A DNA stretch of 58,878 nt, the filler included, from Deltaproteobacteria bacterium (GTDB lineage Bacteria > Myxococcota > JACRCW01): assembly GCA_016218805.1 (NCBI GenBank). It is 3 parts of 3 records of this genome, joined end to end, with 100 filler letters (N's around TTAATTAATTAA, not from the genome) between each part and the next. Parts side by side here need not be neighbours in the genome. Positions count along the whole stretch, not along the records: positions 1 to 21,800 come from JACRCW010000141.1; 2 more parts are not named here. The stretch is one strand, 5' to 3'. The position numbers and the translations under genes were made by a program. A model generated the notes under the pieces. That model did no database searches. It was given only the letters and a program-made list of their open reading frames with translations, and was not told the origin of the DNA. Position 1 is the first letter of the stretch. Each line of letters opens with the position of its first letter. Positions 1-10,076 of this stretch are shown one piece after another.

Positions 1-380
1 CGGTTGGAGTTGATGCAGAGGCCCACCACGTTGACCGGCGCATGACGCAGGCAAAGCCGGCCCCGGCGAGCGCAGCGGCAGTCCACGGTCAGAACACGCT
101 GCGGACCAACTGGGTCCGTGGAGGGGAACCCCGTTCCCAAACAGCAAGAAGGGATGAAACGAAAGGACGGATGAGGGAAGGGGAGGCGGCAGGGCCGCGA
201 TGAGCAAACGCGAATGGTGACCATGGCGGGGCGGCGCTGCAGCCCCACGCACCCGTCCGCCCACCGGCCGCATCCACCACCCGCATCCACCGCGCCGCGC
301 GTCCCCTGGACGCGGCTGCCGCTCCGCTCTCCGCCGCTGAAAATTTCGCCTCGCCGCTGCGCCGGGGCTACCGTCGGGCC

Positions 381-2744
381 GTGCGTCGTGCTCCACGCCG
401 CCTGCTCGTTTGCCTGGCGCTGTTGTCCGGGGTGGCACCGCTTGTCTTGCAGGCCAAGCCGCGCCCGCCGGTGGTCCCGGCCGCTCCACCGCCGTCCGCT
501 GACCTGTTCACTCCTCAGGCGGATGAGTCCGGTGAGGACATTGAAGACCTGGAGGACGCGGTGGGGTTGACCACTGCCGCGCAGTTGTACCGGAAGAAGG
601 ACTACCGGGGGGCGCTGGCGGAGCTGGCGGTGTTTGTCGGTACCAACCCGGAGTCACCGCACCTGGCGCGTGCGCGCTTTGTGATGGCGCACTGCCTGCG
701 GGAGTTGCGCCGCTATGAGGACGCGGCGTCCATCTACGCGGACCTGGTGCGGGTCTACCCGCTCATGGCGGATGACAGCCTGTTGGAGCTGGGCCGGACG
801 CGGGCGGCCATCAAGGACCACGCTGGCGCGGCGGACGCGCTGGCGCGGGTGAGCGTGGAGCATCCGCGGCGGGCGGAGGCGCAGCGGCTGCTGGCGTGGG
901 AGTTGTACAACGCGGGGCAGCACGCGGAGGTGGTGAAGCTGTTTGGGCAGCCGGATGAGGAGGGGGTGCCGCGCACGCCGGAGCAGCGCTACGTGGTGGG
1001 TTTGGCGCGGCAGGCGTTGGGGGACGGGGCCGCCGCGGCGCAGGACTTCCGTGAGGCGCTGTGGGGCGGCGCGGGGGACCCGCAGCTGGCGGGGCGGGCG
1101 CTGGAGAAGCTGCAGGACGTCCAGGTGGGTGGCCGGGCGCTGTACAAGGAGGCGGAGCGCAAGGCGGCTTCCCGCGAAGTGGCGCGGCTGCTGCGCGCGG
1201 CGCCGGAGGGCCTGGCGCGCGCGCTGCTGGACGTGGAGGGGAAGCTTCCGCCGGGGCAGTTGGTGCAGGAGGTGCGGTTTGCGCGCGGGATGGCGTTGCT
1301 GGCGCTGGGGACGGCGGCGGGGGCGGAGGCGGCGTTTGTGGAGGTGAGCCGTGCCACCAGCGTGGATGCGGTGGTGCGGGCGCGGGCGCGGCTGCGCGCG
1401 GGTGACGCGGCGCGCGCGCAGAACCGCTTCAGGGCGGCGCTGGAGCACTACCAGGCGGCGTCGGGGTCCAGCGCGCCGGCGGACGCGGAAGCGGCGTTGT
1501 TCGGCGTGTCGGACATGGCCAGCCGCATCACCCGTTATGACGACGCGCGCCAGGCGTTGCAGGACCTGCTGGTGCGCAATCCGCTGACGCGCGGGCGGCC
1601 GCGGGCGCTGTGGGGCCTGGGGTGGATTGACTATCGCGCGGGCAACCTGCCGGGCGCGCGCAACTTCCTGCGCAGCCTCATTGAGGAGGGCGTGCGTGGC
1701 GGCGTGGGCGGCGGGGAGCCGCGCGCGCTGTACTGGTGGGGCCGGGCCAGCGAGCGCATGGGTGACGCGGCGGACGCCCAGCGCACCTATGAGCGCGTCA
1801 TCGACGAGTACCCGGTCAGCTACTACGCGGGGCTCGCGGAGAAGCGGCTGCTGGGCATGGAGCGCGCCACCGACCCGTGGCCGCATTCCATGGTGCGCCC
1901 CGCCGGCGAGTCCCCCGGGTGCCCGGGGCCGGCGCCGGGGCGTGGGGCGCTGCCGGGCGCCACGGACGGGCAGCTGCTGAAAGCGCGTGAACTGGTCCGC
2001 CTGGGGTTGACGGGTGAAGCCCGGGCGGCGCTGGACGGGTTTGGCCAGAAGGTGATCCCCACCAGCATGGATGAGGACGTGTTCACCGCCTCCAGCGCGC
2101 CGCGGGCCGCGGACATGGAGGAGGCGGTGGCGCTCAATGAGCAGCTGGGGCGGGGCAAGGAGGCCTTCACGCTGCGGCAACTGCAGGTGGAGGGATACCT
2201 GCCCGCGCGGTCCATGGACGTGCTGACGGATTTCCTGCGGCGCAGTCACCCGCGGAAGTTCGCGCCGCTCATTGAGAGCCACGCGCAGAAGCAGGGCGTG
2301 TCCCCGTTGCTGATGTACGCGCTGACCCGCATTGAGAGCCGCTTCCGTCCGGATGCGGTCTCCCGCGCGGACGCGCACGGCCTGATGCAGCTCATCCCGG
2401 AGACCGCCACGGCGCTGGCCGAGGACGTGGGCATGCCGCCGCCCTCCCGCGCGCAGCTGCACCTGCCGGAGGTCAACGTCCGGCTGGGGACGGTGTACGT
2501 GAAGCGGCTGCTGCGGAAGTTCGGCGGGGAGCCGTCCTACGCCCTGGCCGCCTACAACGCCGGCGCCGGCGCGGTGGAGCGCTGGCAGAAGGAGCGCGGC
2601 ACCGGGCAGGTGGATGAGTTCGTCGAGGAGATCCCGTTTGACGAGACCCGGCTGTACGTGAAGAAGGTGCTGGCGTCCTACCGCATCTATGAGCGCCTGT
2701 ACGGGGACCCCGCCCGTCGCGGGGGCGAGCCCGGCCCGACCTGA
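381..2744 (+). CDS. Soluble lytic transglycosylase (SLT/GH23) with N-terminal TPR repeats, secreted
   Basis: N-terminal signal peptide, then long helical TPR-like repeats. The C-terminal SLT motifs are RIESRF (catalytic Glu), GLMQL, AYNAG and ETRLYVKKV. GTG start. Confidence 0.9.
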   Translation: MRRAPRRLLVCLALLSGVAPLVLQAKPRPPVVPAAPPPSADLFTPQADESGEDIEDLEDAVGLTTAAQLYRKKDYRGALAELAVFVGTNPESPHLARARFVMAHCLRELRRYEDAASIYADLVRVYPLMADDSLLELGRTRAAIKDHAGAADALARVSVEHPRRAEAQRLLAWELYNAGQHAEVVKLFGQPDEEGVPRTPEQRYVVGLARQALGDGAAAAQDFREALWGGAGDPQLAGRALEKLQDVQVGGRALYKEAERKAASREVARLLRAAPEGLARALLDVEGKLPPGQLVQEVRFARGMALLALGTAAGAEAAFVEVSRATSVDAVVRARARLRAGDAARAQNRFRAALEHYQAASGSSAPADAEAALFGVSDMASRITRYDDARQALQDLLVRNPLTRGRPRALWGLGWIDYRAGNLPGARNFLRSLIEEGVRGGVGGGEPRALYWWGRASERMGDAADAQRTYERVIDEYPVSYYAGLAEKRLLGMERATDPWPHSMVRPAGESPGCPGPAPGRGALPGATDGQLLKARELVRLGLTGEARAALDGFGQKVIPTSMDEDVFTASSAPRAADMEEAVALNEQLGRGKEAFTLRQLQVEGYLPARSMDVLTDFLRRSHPRKFAPLIESHAQKQGVSPLLMYALTRIESRFRPDAVSRADAHGLMQLIPETATALAEDVGMPPPSRAQLHLPEVNVRLGTVYVKRLLRKFGGEPSYALAAYNAGAGAVERWQKERGTGQVDEFVEEIPFDETRLYVKKVLASYRIYERLYGDPARRGGEPGPT

Positions 2745-2789
2745 GGCGACCTGTGCAGCGCGGCCCGGGTGGGGCTAGCATGCCCGGCC

Positions 2790-4847
2790 ATGGCGCGGAT
2801 TCCGGGGGTCTTTGGCGTGGCCGCGGTGGCGGTGCTGGGCGGGCTGGCAGCGGGTTGCGGCGGGTGCCGCCAGCCGGCCACAGGATGTGACAACGGCGGG
2901 TGCCCCGCCGGGCAGTCCTGTGTGGACGGCGAGTGCCAGCCGTCCGGCGCGTCCTCCAGCAGCAGCGGCGGCATGGCGTACTGCGAGTCCGACGCCGATT
3001 GCGGCGCCGACGAGGAATGCTCGCTGGCCATCAACGGATGCATCAGCAAGCATGACTGCGAGACCGCCGCGGACTGCCGCGAGGGCCAGGAGTGCCGTGA
3101 CTTTGACGGTGACGGCTACCGGGACTGCGGCTACCCCGGCTGCACCGGCGACGCGGAGTGCATCACGGAGATGGCGGGCAGCTGCACCGGTGATGGCAAC
3201 CGCGCCCGCTGCGTGGAGCGCGCCTGCGTGTGCCAGGGCGCCTGCGGAGGGGATTGCGGGACCGGCAAGGTGTGCTGCGGCGTGAAGGGAGGCGCGTGCG
3301 GTGCGCAGGACGCATGCTGCCTGCCGGACCCCGGGCCGTGCGCCACCCTGGAGTGCAGCCCAGGCTCGCACGGCGTCTCATCCACCACCACCGCGTGGAG
3401 CGTGGACCTGTGTGACTACGCCGGCTCCAACTGCGAGTGCCAGGAACTCCCGCCGCTGCCGCTGGGCGTCATCGGCAATCCCTCCGCCATCGGGGTGGAC
3501 GGACAGGACCGCCTGTGGATCGCCGCGTATGACTACGGCCCCTATGCCGCTGAGCTCGCCGCGGCGCCGCCGTACGGTGACCTTGTCGTCGGGCTGTACA
3601 ACGCCGCCACCAGCCGGATTGATTGGCAGTTTGTGGACGGCGTGCCCCTGGGCGCGCCGGTGGAGGGCGGTCCCTCCGGCCCGCGCGGCGGCATTGCTGA
3701 GCCCGGCAACAACATGGGCCGTTACCTGGACATGGCCGTGGCGCCGGACGGGACGGTGCACGTGGCCTACCAGGACGCCACCGCGGGCACGCTGCGCTAC
3801 GCGCGCGTCCAAGGCGGCGCCGTCACCTCTTTCACCCTGGACGCGCAGCGGGAGACCGGCGTGTACCCCGCCCTCGCCCTGGACCCGTCCACCGGCGCGC
3901 CCCGCGTGGCCTGGCTCACCCGGCGTGATGACTCCGGTGCTGCGCCCATGGCCCGCCTGGTGTTTGCCGCGGCCACGGGTGCAGCACCCGGTGCGGCTAC
4001 GGACTTTGTGGTGCACACACTCACTGAAGTGGACCTCACCACGGTGCCCTGTGAGGGCGGTTGTGCCGAGGGCTTCCGCTGCCAGGTGGACACCGTGCGG
4101 ACGCCCGCCTGCCACCACGTGGACACCAACTGCGCCGCCTCCTGCGGCACCGGCCAGTTCTGCACCGGCGGCGCCTGCGTGGACGAAGTGCCCGGCTCCG
4201 CCCTGCGTGACGTGCCCCAGGGCCCCGGCGTGTGGGCCGCCATGCTGGTGCGCAACGACGGCAAGCCCTTCCTGGCGGTGCACGACACCGTCGATGGCAC
4301 GCTCAAGGTCTACAGCACTGAGGGCGGCGATCCCCCGGATTCGCCCAGTGCGCGGTTCACGTCACTGACCGTGGCGGCCGCGGGGCAGGTGACGGGGCTG
4401 TGGCCGTCCGTGGCGGTGGACGCCTCCGGGGTGGTGAAGGTGGCGCACGTCAACCAGACCACGCACGCGCTGCGGCTGGTGACGCTGGGCGCCGCGCTCA
4501 CCCTGCAGGCCGAGGAGACCGTGGACGACGCCGGCCGCCAGAACGGCCAGGCCACCGACCTGCACCGCCTGGCCGAGCCCGCGCTGGTCATCCGCGGTGA
4601 CGGGGCAGAACTGGTCTCCTACCAGGACGGCACCACCGGCGAGCTGCTGCTGGCCACCCGCTCCGGCGGCGCGTTCACCCGCAGCACGCTGGCGGGCGGC
4701 CGCACGGGCGTGGAGTTCAACGGGTTCTTCGGCTTCTCCACGGACGCGGTGGGCCGCGGCAACAACCCCCCGGTCATCTCCACCTTCCGCCACAACCCGG
4801 ATCCCACCCCCCCGGATGACGGGTTGGTGCTCATCAACTGGCCCTGA
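2790..4847 (+). CDS. Cys-rich lipoprotein with beta-propeller-like C-terminal region (myxobacterial type)
   Basis: Lipobox-like LAAGC, repeated CxxxxDC/CxxGxxC modules and a Ser-rich linker, then beta-rich repeats (DGTVHVAYQD, DGKPFLAVHD). ATG at 2790 was chosen over the GTG at 2769. Confidence 0.7.
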   Translation: MARIPGVFGVAAVAVLGGLAAGCGGCRQPATGCDNGGCPAGQSCVDGECQPSGASSSSSGGMAYCESDADCGADEECSLAINGCISKHDCETAADCREGQECRDFDGDGYRDCGYPGCTGDAECITEMAGSCTGDGNRARCVERACVCQGACGGDCGTGKVCCGVKGGACGAQDACCLPDPGPCATLECSPGSHGVSSTTTAWSVDLCDYAGSNCECQELPPLPLGVIGNPSAIGVDGQDRLWIAAYDYGPYAAELAAAPPYGDLVVGLYNAATSRIDWQFVDGVPLGAPVEGGPSGPRGGIAEPGNNMGRYLDMAVAPDGTVHVAYQDATAGTLRYARVQGGAVTSFTLDAQRETGVYPALALDPSTGAPRVAWLTRRDDSGAAPMARLVFAAATGAAPGAATDFVVHTLTEVDLTTVPCEGGCAEGFRCQVDTVRTPACHHVDTNCAASCGTGQFCTGGACVDEVPGSALRDVPQGPGVWAAMLVRNDGKPFLAVHDTVDGTLKVYSTEGGDPPDSPSARFTSLTVAAAGQVTGLWPSVAVDASGVVKVAHVNQTTHALRLVTLGAALTLQAEETVDDAGRQNGQATDLHRLAEPALVIRGDGAELVSYQDGTTGELLLATRSGGAFTRSTLAGGRTGVEFNGFFGFSTDAVGRGNNPPVISTFRHNPDPTPPDDGLVLINWP

Positions 4848-4856
4848 GCCCCGCGC

Positions 4857-5648
4857 ATGTCTCCCGCCGGTCTCCTCCTCGCGCTGGTGGTGCGCGGCGT
4901 GCTCCCGCTGGCCTCTGACGACCTCCCGGCGCCGGCGGCGGACCCGTGCCGGCAGCCCGTCCAGGAAGGCGTGACCGCGGCGGCGGCCGCGGAGGCGGAA
5001 CAGGCCTGCCGGCGCACCTTTGACCGCATCCACCTGGTGCTGGTGGGGATATCGCTCAGCACCCTGGTGCTGGCCGGCGCACTGGGCAGCCTGGGCGCAG
5101 CGCTGGCCGCGGGCGCCGCGGTGTCCGCCGCCGGGAGCGTGCTGTGGCAGCCCCGCGTGCTCACCTCCGGCCAGCTGACCCTCCCGCGGCCACCCGGCGC
5201 GGGCGCGCGCGTGACCACGGTGGCGTGGAGCTACTCCACCTATGAACTCTCCTTTGTGCTGCTGGTGGCCTCCGCGTTCATGTGGGTGCACACGCTGGCC
5301 GTGGTGTCCGCCGCCACCCTCCCGCTGGCCATGCACACCGTGCTGCCCCGCCAGGACGCCACCGGCCTGCTGCGCGTGGTGCTGCGCGCTCTGGCCATGA
5401 ACGCGTTCCTGGCCGTTCCCGTCGCACTGGGCGGGGCGCTGCTGCTGGTGGTGCCCGCGCTGTTCAGCGTGGCGCTGCTGTACACGCCCGGGCCCGGCCG
5501 GGACCTGCCGGAGGGCGGCCGCCGCCTCGCCAACTTCTGGGGCCCGGTGCTGCTGGTGGTTGCGCTGGCGCTGGGCGCAGGCGCGGTGCTGGCCAGCGGC
5601 GTGGGCGCGGACCTGCTGTTCACCGCGGAGAGCGTGCGGTTGGAGTGA
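4857..5648 (+). CDS. Hypothetical multi-pass membrane protein
   Basis: Signal-like N-terminus and 4-5 hydrophobic segments. Starts 9 nt after the upstream stop, with GC3-rich codons. Confidence 0.6.
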   Translation: MSPAGLLLALVVRGVLPLASDDLPAPAADPCRQPVQEGVTAAAAAEAEQACRRTFDRIHLVLVGISLSTLVLAGALGSLGAALAAGAAVSAAGSVLWQPRVLTSGQLTLPRPPGAGARVTTVAWSYSTYELSFVLLVASAFMWVHTLAVVSAATLPLAMHTVLPRQDATGLLRVVLRALAMNAFLAVPVALGGALLLVVPALFSVALLYTPGPGRDLPEGGRRLANFWGPVLLVVALALGAGAVLASGVGADLLFTAESVRLE

Positions 5649-5767
5649 GCGTGCACCCCGCTGTGGATGGGGCTATTCCCCCGCCGCCCTCCACCGCCCT
5701 GTGAGCGGTTCTCCGAGGCGCCCGGTGCCGCCCTGTGCGCGGCCCGCGAACGCAAGGGACGTCCCCC

Positions 5768-8485
5768 ATGTCGCAGACCAGGTTCAATCCGTTCGGTGCA
5801 CGCGCCACGTTGAAGGTCGGCACCGAGTCGCTCGGCTACTACCGGCTTGCCAGGCTCAAGGAGCTTGGCGTCATCAAGGACCTGGAGAAGTTCCCGTTCT
5901 CCATCCGCGTCCTGCTGGAGAACCTGCTGCGCAATTGTGACGGATTCCTGGTCACTGAGGAGGACGTGAAGAAGCTGGCCGCGTGGAACGCGCCCAAGCC
6001 CGCCGAGGTGGAGGTCCCCTTCAAGCCCGCGCGCGTGATCCTGCAGGACTTCACCGGTGTTCCCGTCCTGGTGGACATTGCCGCCATGCGCGCGTCCGTG
6101 CAGCGCCTGGGCGGCAAGCCTGCGCGCATCAACCCGCTGGTGCCCGTGGACCTGGTCATTGATCACTCGGTGCAGGTGGACCACTACGGCAGTGACCAGG
6201 CGCTGGCCCTCAATGCCAAGCTGGAATTCCAGCGCAACATGGAACGCTATGAATTCCTCCGCTGGGGCCAGAACGCGGTGCAGAACTTCCGCGTGGTCCC
6301 GCCGGCCACCGGCATCGTGCACCAGGTGAACCTGGAGTACCTGGCGCCCGGGTTGCTGCGCGGCAAGGACCAGGACGGCAACATTGCCTACCCGGACACG
6401 CTGGTGGGCACGGACAGCCACACCACGATGATCAACGCGCTGGGCGTGCTGGGCTGGGGCGTTGGCGGCATTGAGGCGGAAGCGGCCATGCTGGGCCAGC
6501 CGCTGTTCATGCTCACCCCGCAGGTCATTGGCTTCAAGGTGCACGGCACGCTCAAGCCCGGCGTCACCGCCACCGACCTCACGCTCACCATCACGCAGAT
6601 GCTGCGGAAGAAGGGTGTCGTGGACAAATTCGTGGAGTTCTACGGGCCGGGCATCTCCGCCATCAGCCTGCCGGACCGCGCCACCATGGCCAACATGGCC
6701 CCCGAATACGGCGCCACCATGGGCTTCTTCCCCGTGGACGCGGAGACCATTGAGTTCCTGCGCCGCACCGGCCGTCCCAAGGACGCGGTGGCCGCGCTGG
6801 AAGCGTACTGCAAAGAGCAGGGCCTGTTCCGCACGGACCAGACGCCGGACCCGGTGTTCACGGATTCGCTGGAATTGAACCTGGGTGAGGTGGAACCGTG
6901 CCTGGCCGGTCCCAAGCGCCCGCAGGACCGCGTGACCCTGAAGGACATGCAGAGCGCCTTCCGCAAGGCGCTCACCGCGCCGGTGAAGGACCGTGGGTTT
7001 GGCCTGGGTGAGACGGACCTGGGGAAGACCGCGCGCGTGGAGTTCAAGGGCGAAACGCACCAACTGGGCCACGGCGCCGTGGTCATCACGGCAATCACGT
7101 CCTGCACCAACACGTCCAATCCGTCCGTGCTCATTGCCGCGGGCCTGCTGGCGCAGAAGGCCGTGGAGAAGGGGCTGAAGGTTCCCTCCTACGTGAAGAC
7201 GTCGCTGGCACCGGGCTCCCGCGTGGTCACCGAGTACCTGCGCGAAGCGGGACTGCTCCCCAGCCTGGAAAAGCTGGGCTTCAACGTCGTGGGGTATGGG
7301 TGCACCACGTGCATTGGCAACTCGGGCCCGCTGCCGGACGAGGTGGGCAAGCCCGTCACGGAGGCCAAGCTGGTGGCCTCCGCGGTCATCAGCGGCAACC
7401 GGAACTTTGAAGGCCGCGTGCACCCGCTGGTGAAGGCCAACTACCTGGCCAGCCCGCCGCTCGTGGTGGCGTATGCGATTGCCGGGAGCACGGACAAGGA
7501 CCTCAACACCGAACCGCTGGGAACCGGTAAGGACGGCAAACCCGTGTTCCTCAAGGACATCTGGCCCACGGACGCGGAGATCAGCGGGCTGGTGAAGAAG
7601 TGCATCACCCCGGCCATGTTTGAGAAGAGTTACGGTGACGTCTTCAAGGGCACGCCCGAATGGCAGGGAATCAAGGGCTCCACCGGGGAATTGTACCAGT
7701 GGAACGAGAAGTCCACGTACATCCAGGAGCCGCCGTTCTTCATTGACCTCAAGCGCGAACCGGGTGACCTCAAGCCCATCACCGGCGCGCGCGCGCTGGC
7801 GGTGCTGGGGGACTCAGTCACCACGGACCACATCAGCCCCGCGGGCGATATTGCGGAGGGCGGTCCGGCGGCGCGGTACCTCAAGGAACACGGCGTCACC
7901 AAGGCGGACTTCAACAGCTTTGGCAGCCGCCGCGGCAATGACCGCGTGATGACGCGGGGGACGTTTGCCAACATCCGGTTGAAGAACCTGATGTGCGGCG
8001 GGCAGGAGGGCGGCATCACCGTGCACCAGCCCTCCGGCCAGCAGATGGACATCCATGATGCGTCCGTGAAGTACCAGCAGGACGGCGTGCCGCTCGTCGT
8101 CGTGGCCGGGAAGGAATACGGCACGGGCTCCAGCCGTGACTGGGCGGCCAAGGGCACGCTGCTGTTGGGCGTGAAGGCGGTGATTGCGGAGAGCTTTGAG
8201 CGCATCCACCGCAGCAACCTGGTGGGGATGGGGGTGCTGCCGCTGGTGTTCAAGGACGGGCAGAACGCGGAAAGCCTGGGAATCACCGGCAAGGAGGTGT
8301 TTCACGTGGACGGCATCTCCAATGACGTGAAACCGCGGCAGGACCTCACCGTGCGCGCCGTCCGGCCGGACGGGACGGAGGTGAAGTTCACCGTCACCGC
8401 GCGGCTGGATACGCCGGTGGACGTCCACTACTACCGCAACGGCGGCATCCTTCAGGCCGTGCTGCGCAACCTGGTCAAGGGCTGA
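5768..8485 (+). CDS. acnA: Aconitate hydratase AcnA
   Basis: Motifs [52 protein letters not shown] and [10 protein letters not shown]. About 905 aa from the ATG at 5768. Confidence 0.97.
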   Translation: MSQTRFNPFGARATLKVGTESLGYYRLARLKELGVIKDLEKFPFSIRVLLENLLRNCDGFLVTEEDVKKLAAWNAPKPAEVEVPFKPARVILQDFTGVPVLVDIAAMRASVQRLGGKPARINPLVPVDLVIDHSVQVDHYGSDQALALNAKLEFQRNMERYEFLRWGQNAVQNFRVVPPATGIVHQVNLEYLAPGLLRGKDQDGNIAYPDTLVGTDSHTTMINALGVLGWGVGGIEAEAAMLGQPLFMLTPQVIGFKVHGTLKPGVTATDLTLTITQMLRKKGVVDKFVEFYGPGISAISLPDRATMANMAPEYGATMGFFPVDAETIEFLRRTGRPKDAVAALEAYCKEQGLFRTDQTPDPVFTDSLELNLGEVEPCLAGPKRPQDRVTLKDMQSAFRKALTAPVKDRGFGLGETDLGKTARVEFKGETHQLGHGAVVITAITSCTNTSNPSVLIAAGLLAQKAVEKGLKVPSYVKTSLAPGSRVVTEYLREAGLLPSLEKLGFNVVGYGCTTCIGNSGPLPDEVGKPVTEAKLVASAVISGNRNFEGRVHPLVKANYLASPPLVVAYAIAGSTDKDLNTEPLGTGKDGKPVFLKDIWPTDAEISGLVKKCITPAMFEKSYGDVFKGTPEWQGIKGSTGELYQWNEKSTYIQEPPFFIDLKREPGDLKPITGARALAVLGDSVTTDHISPAGDIAEGGPAARYLKEHGVTKADFNSFGSRRGNDRVMTRGTFANIRLKNLMCGGQEGGITVHQPSGQQMDIHDASVKYQQDGVPLVVVAGKEYGTGSSRDWAAKGTLLLGVKAVIAESFERIHRSNLVGMGVLPLVFKDGQNAESLGITGKEVFHVDGISNDVKPRQDLTVRAVRPDGTEVKFTVTARLDTPVDVHYYRNGGILQAVLRNLVKG

Positions 8486-8861
8486 TTGACGCCTGCGCGC
8501 CCCGCGCCGCCACCCTGGCGGCCGGGGACGCGCTCCCACTGCAGTCCCCCCTGGCGGGAGCGGCTCTCCACGACGGAGTGCAGCGACGTCGGCAAGGGGG
8601 TGGGTGGGCCGTACGCGGGCCGCGCAGCAGCGCCCCGCTGTAGGTCTTCCCGCCGCGGCGCGGCTTGTGACGACGCAGTCTCGGAAACCTGCTGGCCCGC
8701 TCAGGTGGGGTCCCCCGGGTAGCCACGGATTGGCGGGCTCGCGCGCGGCCCGCATGACTCAGTGCGTTGCGGCCGCCCGGTCCGGATGCGCAAAGGGGTT
8801 GCGCGACCTGACGCTCAAGACGCCGTCCGTGGTACAAACGTCAACCGAACGGGGGTTTCAC

Positions 8862-9128
8862 ATGCGCACAACGTTCTTGGTGGTGGCGGCGCTGGCGTTT
8901 GGCGGCGGCTTCTTTGTTGGGTCCGCGCGGGCAGGTCAGGCGGCGCCTGAGACGGCGGTGACTGGGTGCAACGACGGCAGCGAGGAGGTGGGGCGCCGCC
9001 GGCGCCCGCGGCCCAACGCCTGCGAGGAGTGCCCGGGCCGCGTCAAGATCTGCTGTCCGGACTGCTCAACTGAGGTTGGGAAGGCCTGCGTGTGCGACTG
9101 CCACGAACAGAAGTGCGCCTGCCGCTGA
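8862..9128 (+). CDS. Small secreted cysteine-rich protein (88 aa)
   Basis: Signal peptide MRTTFLVVAALAFGGGFFVGSARA, 11 Cys and a polybasic RRRRPR segment. GGGGG lies just upstream of the ATG and codon usage is typical. Confidence 0.75.
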   Translation: MRTTFLVVAALAFGGGFFVGSARAGQAAPETAVTGCNDGSEEVGRRRRPRPNACEECPGRVKICCPDCSTEVGKACVCDCHEQKCACR

Positions 9129-9256
9129 TCCGGTGGCGCGCGCGGGTGGCAGTGAGCGGGGTGGCGCCGGGCGCAGGCTCCGGAGGTGCGCCGTCATCCC
9201 GCCAGCCCCTGCGCGGCGGGATCCCGTGGTAGCGTCGTCACCGGCCGAGGTGGGGC

Positions 9257-10012
9257 GTGGTGATTTGCGCGAAATGCGGGTTGGAATACGCCGGTGGCGC
9301 ACGCTTCTGCGGGAAGTGCGGCGGCCGCCTGGGTGAGGCGCCGCCGCCCGTCCGCCGTCCCCCGGCGGAGGAAGCGGCGGCGTTTGAGCAGAACCCCACC
9401 AAGGCGGCCCCGGACACCGTGCGGCAGGTCCTGGCGCAGGCCCGGCATCCCACGGCGGTGCTCACCGGCGTGGCCCAGGCCAGCGTGGAGGCGGAGCTGG
9501 CGCGCGCCGCCGCGGAGTTTGAGGACGGTGCCACCCAGATGGATCCGGGCCTGGCGGACCGGCTCCAACAGGCGCGCGGGCCCACCGCACCCGCGGACGG
9601 GTTTTCCGACGACGCGCCGACGCGCATGGTGGACAGCAGCCAGCTTGCCACGCCCGTGGCGGATGACTTTGAGGGGGACGCGCCGACGCGGGTCGTGGAC
9701 AGCACGCCCGCGGCCCCGGTGCGTCGGAGTGCGTCGTCGCCGGTGCTGGCGCGCCCCGTCGCACCTGCACCCGCGCCCGCGGAGGACCTGGCCGCCCTGG
9801 TGGATGAAGCTGCCGGCGGGTTCGGTCCGCAGCAGACCGGCATGCGGCCCCTGGCGTTTGGGAGGGTCCCGGCGGCGGCCGCCCCGCCGCCGCCGGACCA
9901 AGCCCCGCCCGGGCACGCCGGCAGATTCCCGTGGCGCGTGGTGGCCGCCGCTGCCGCCGTGGTGCTCTGCGCGGGCGGCGCGGTGCTGTGGTGGCTGGCC
10001 GGTATGGGATGA
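9257..10012 (+). CDS. Zinc-ribbon domain protein with disordered Thr-motif linker and C-terminal TM anchor
   Basis: N-terminal CAKCG...FCGKCG zinc ribbon, an acidic/Pro-rich linker with DAPTR repeats and a C-terminal hydrophobic helix. GAGG lies upstream. Confidence 0.75.
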   Translation: MVICAKCGLEYAGGARFCGKCGGRLGEAPPPVRRPPAEEAAAFEQNPTKAAPDTVRQVLAQARHPTAVLTGVAQASVEAELARAAAEFEDGATQMDPGLADRLQQARGPTAPADGFSDDAPTRMVDSSQLATPVADDFEGDAPTRVVDSTPAAPVRRSASSPVLARPVAPAPAPAEDLAALVDEAAGGFGPQQTGMRPLAFGRVPAAAAPPPPDQAPPGHAGRFPWRVVAAAAAVVLCAGGAVLWWLAGMG

Positions 10013-10076
10013 GGCCGCGGCCACAGTCGCGCGGCTTCATCCGCGCGTCACGGCGCGCAGTGGCCGCGGCCTGGCA

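Noticed and set aside
5781..5790. GGTTCAATCC resembling a tRNA T-loop
   Set aside because: It lies inside the acnA coding sequence and no cloverleaf forms around it.
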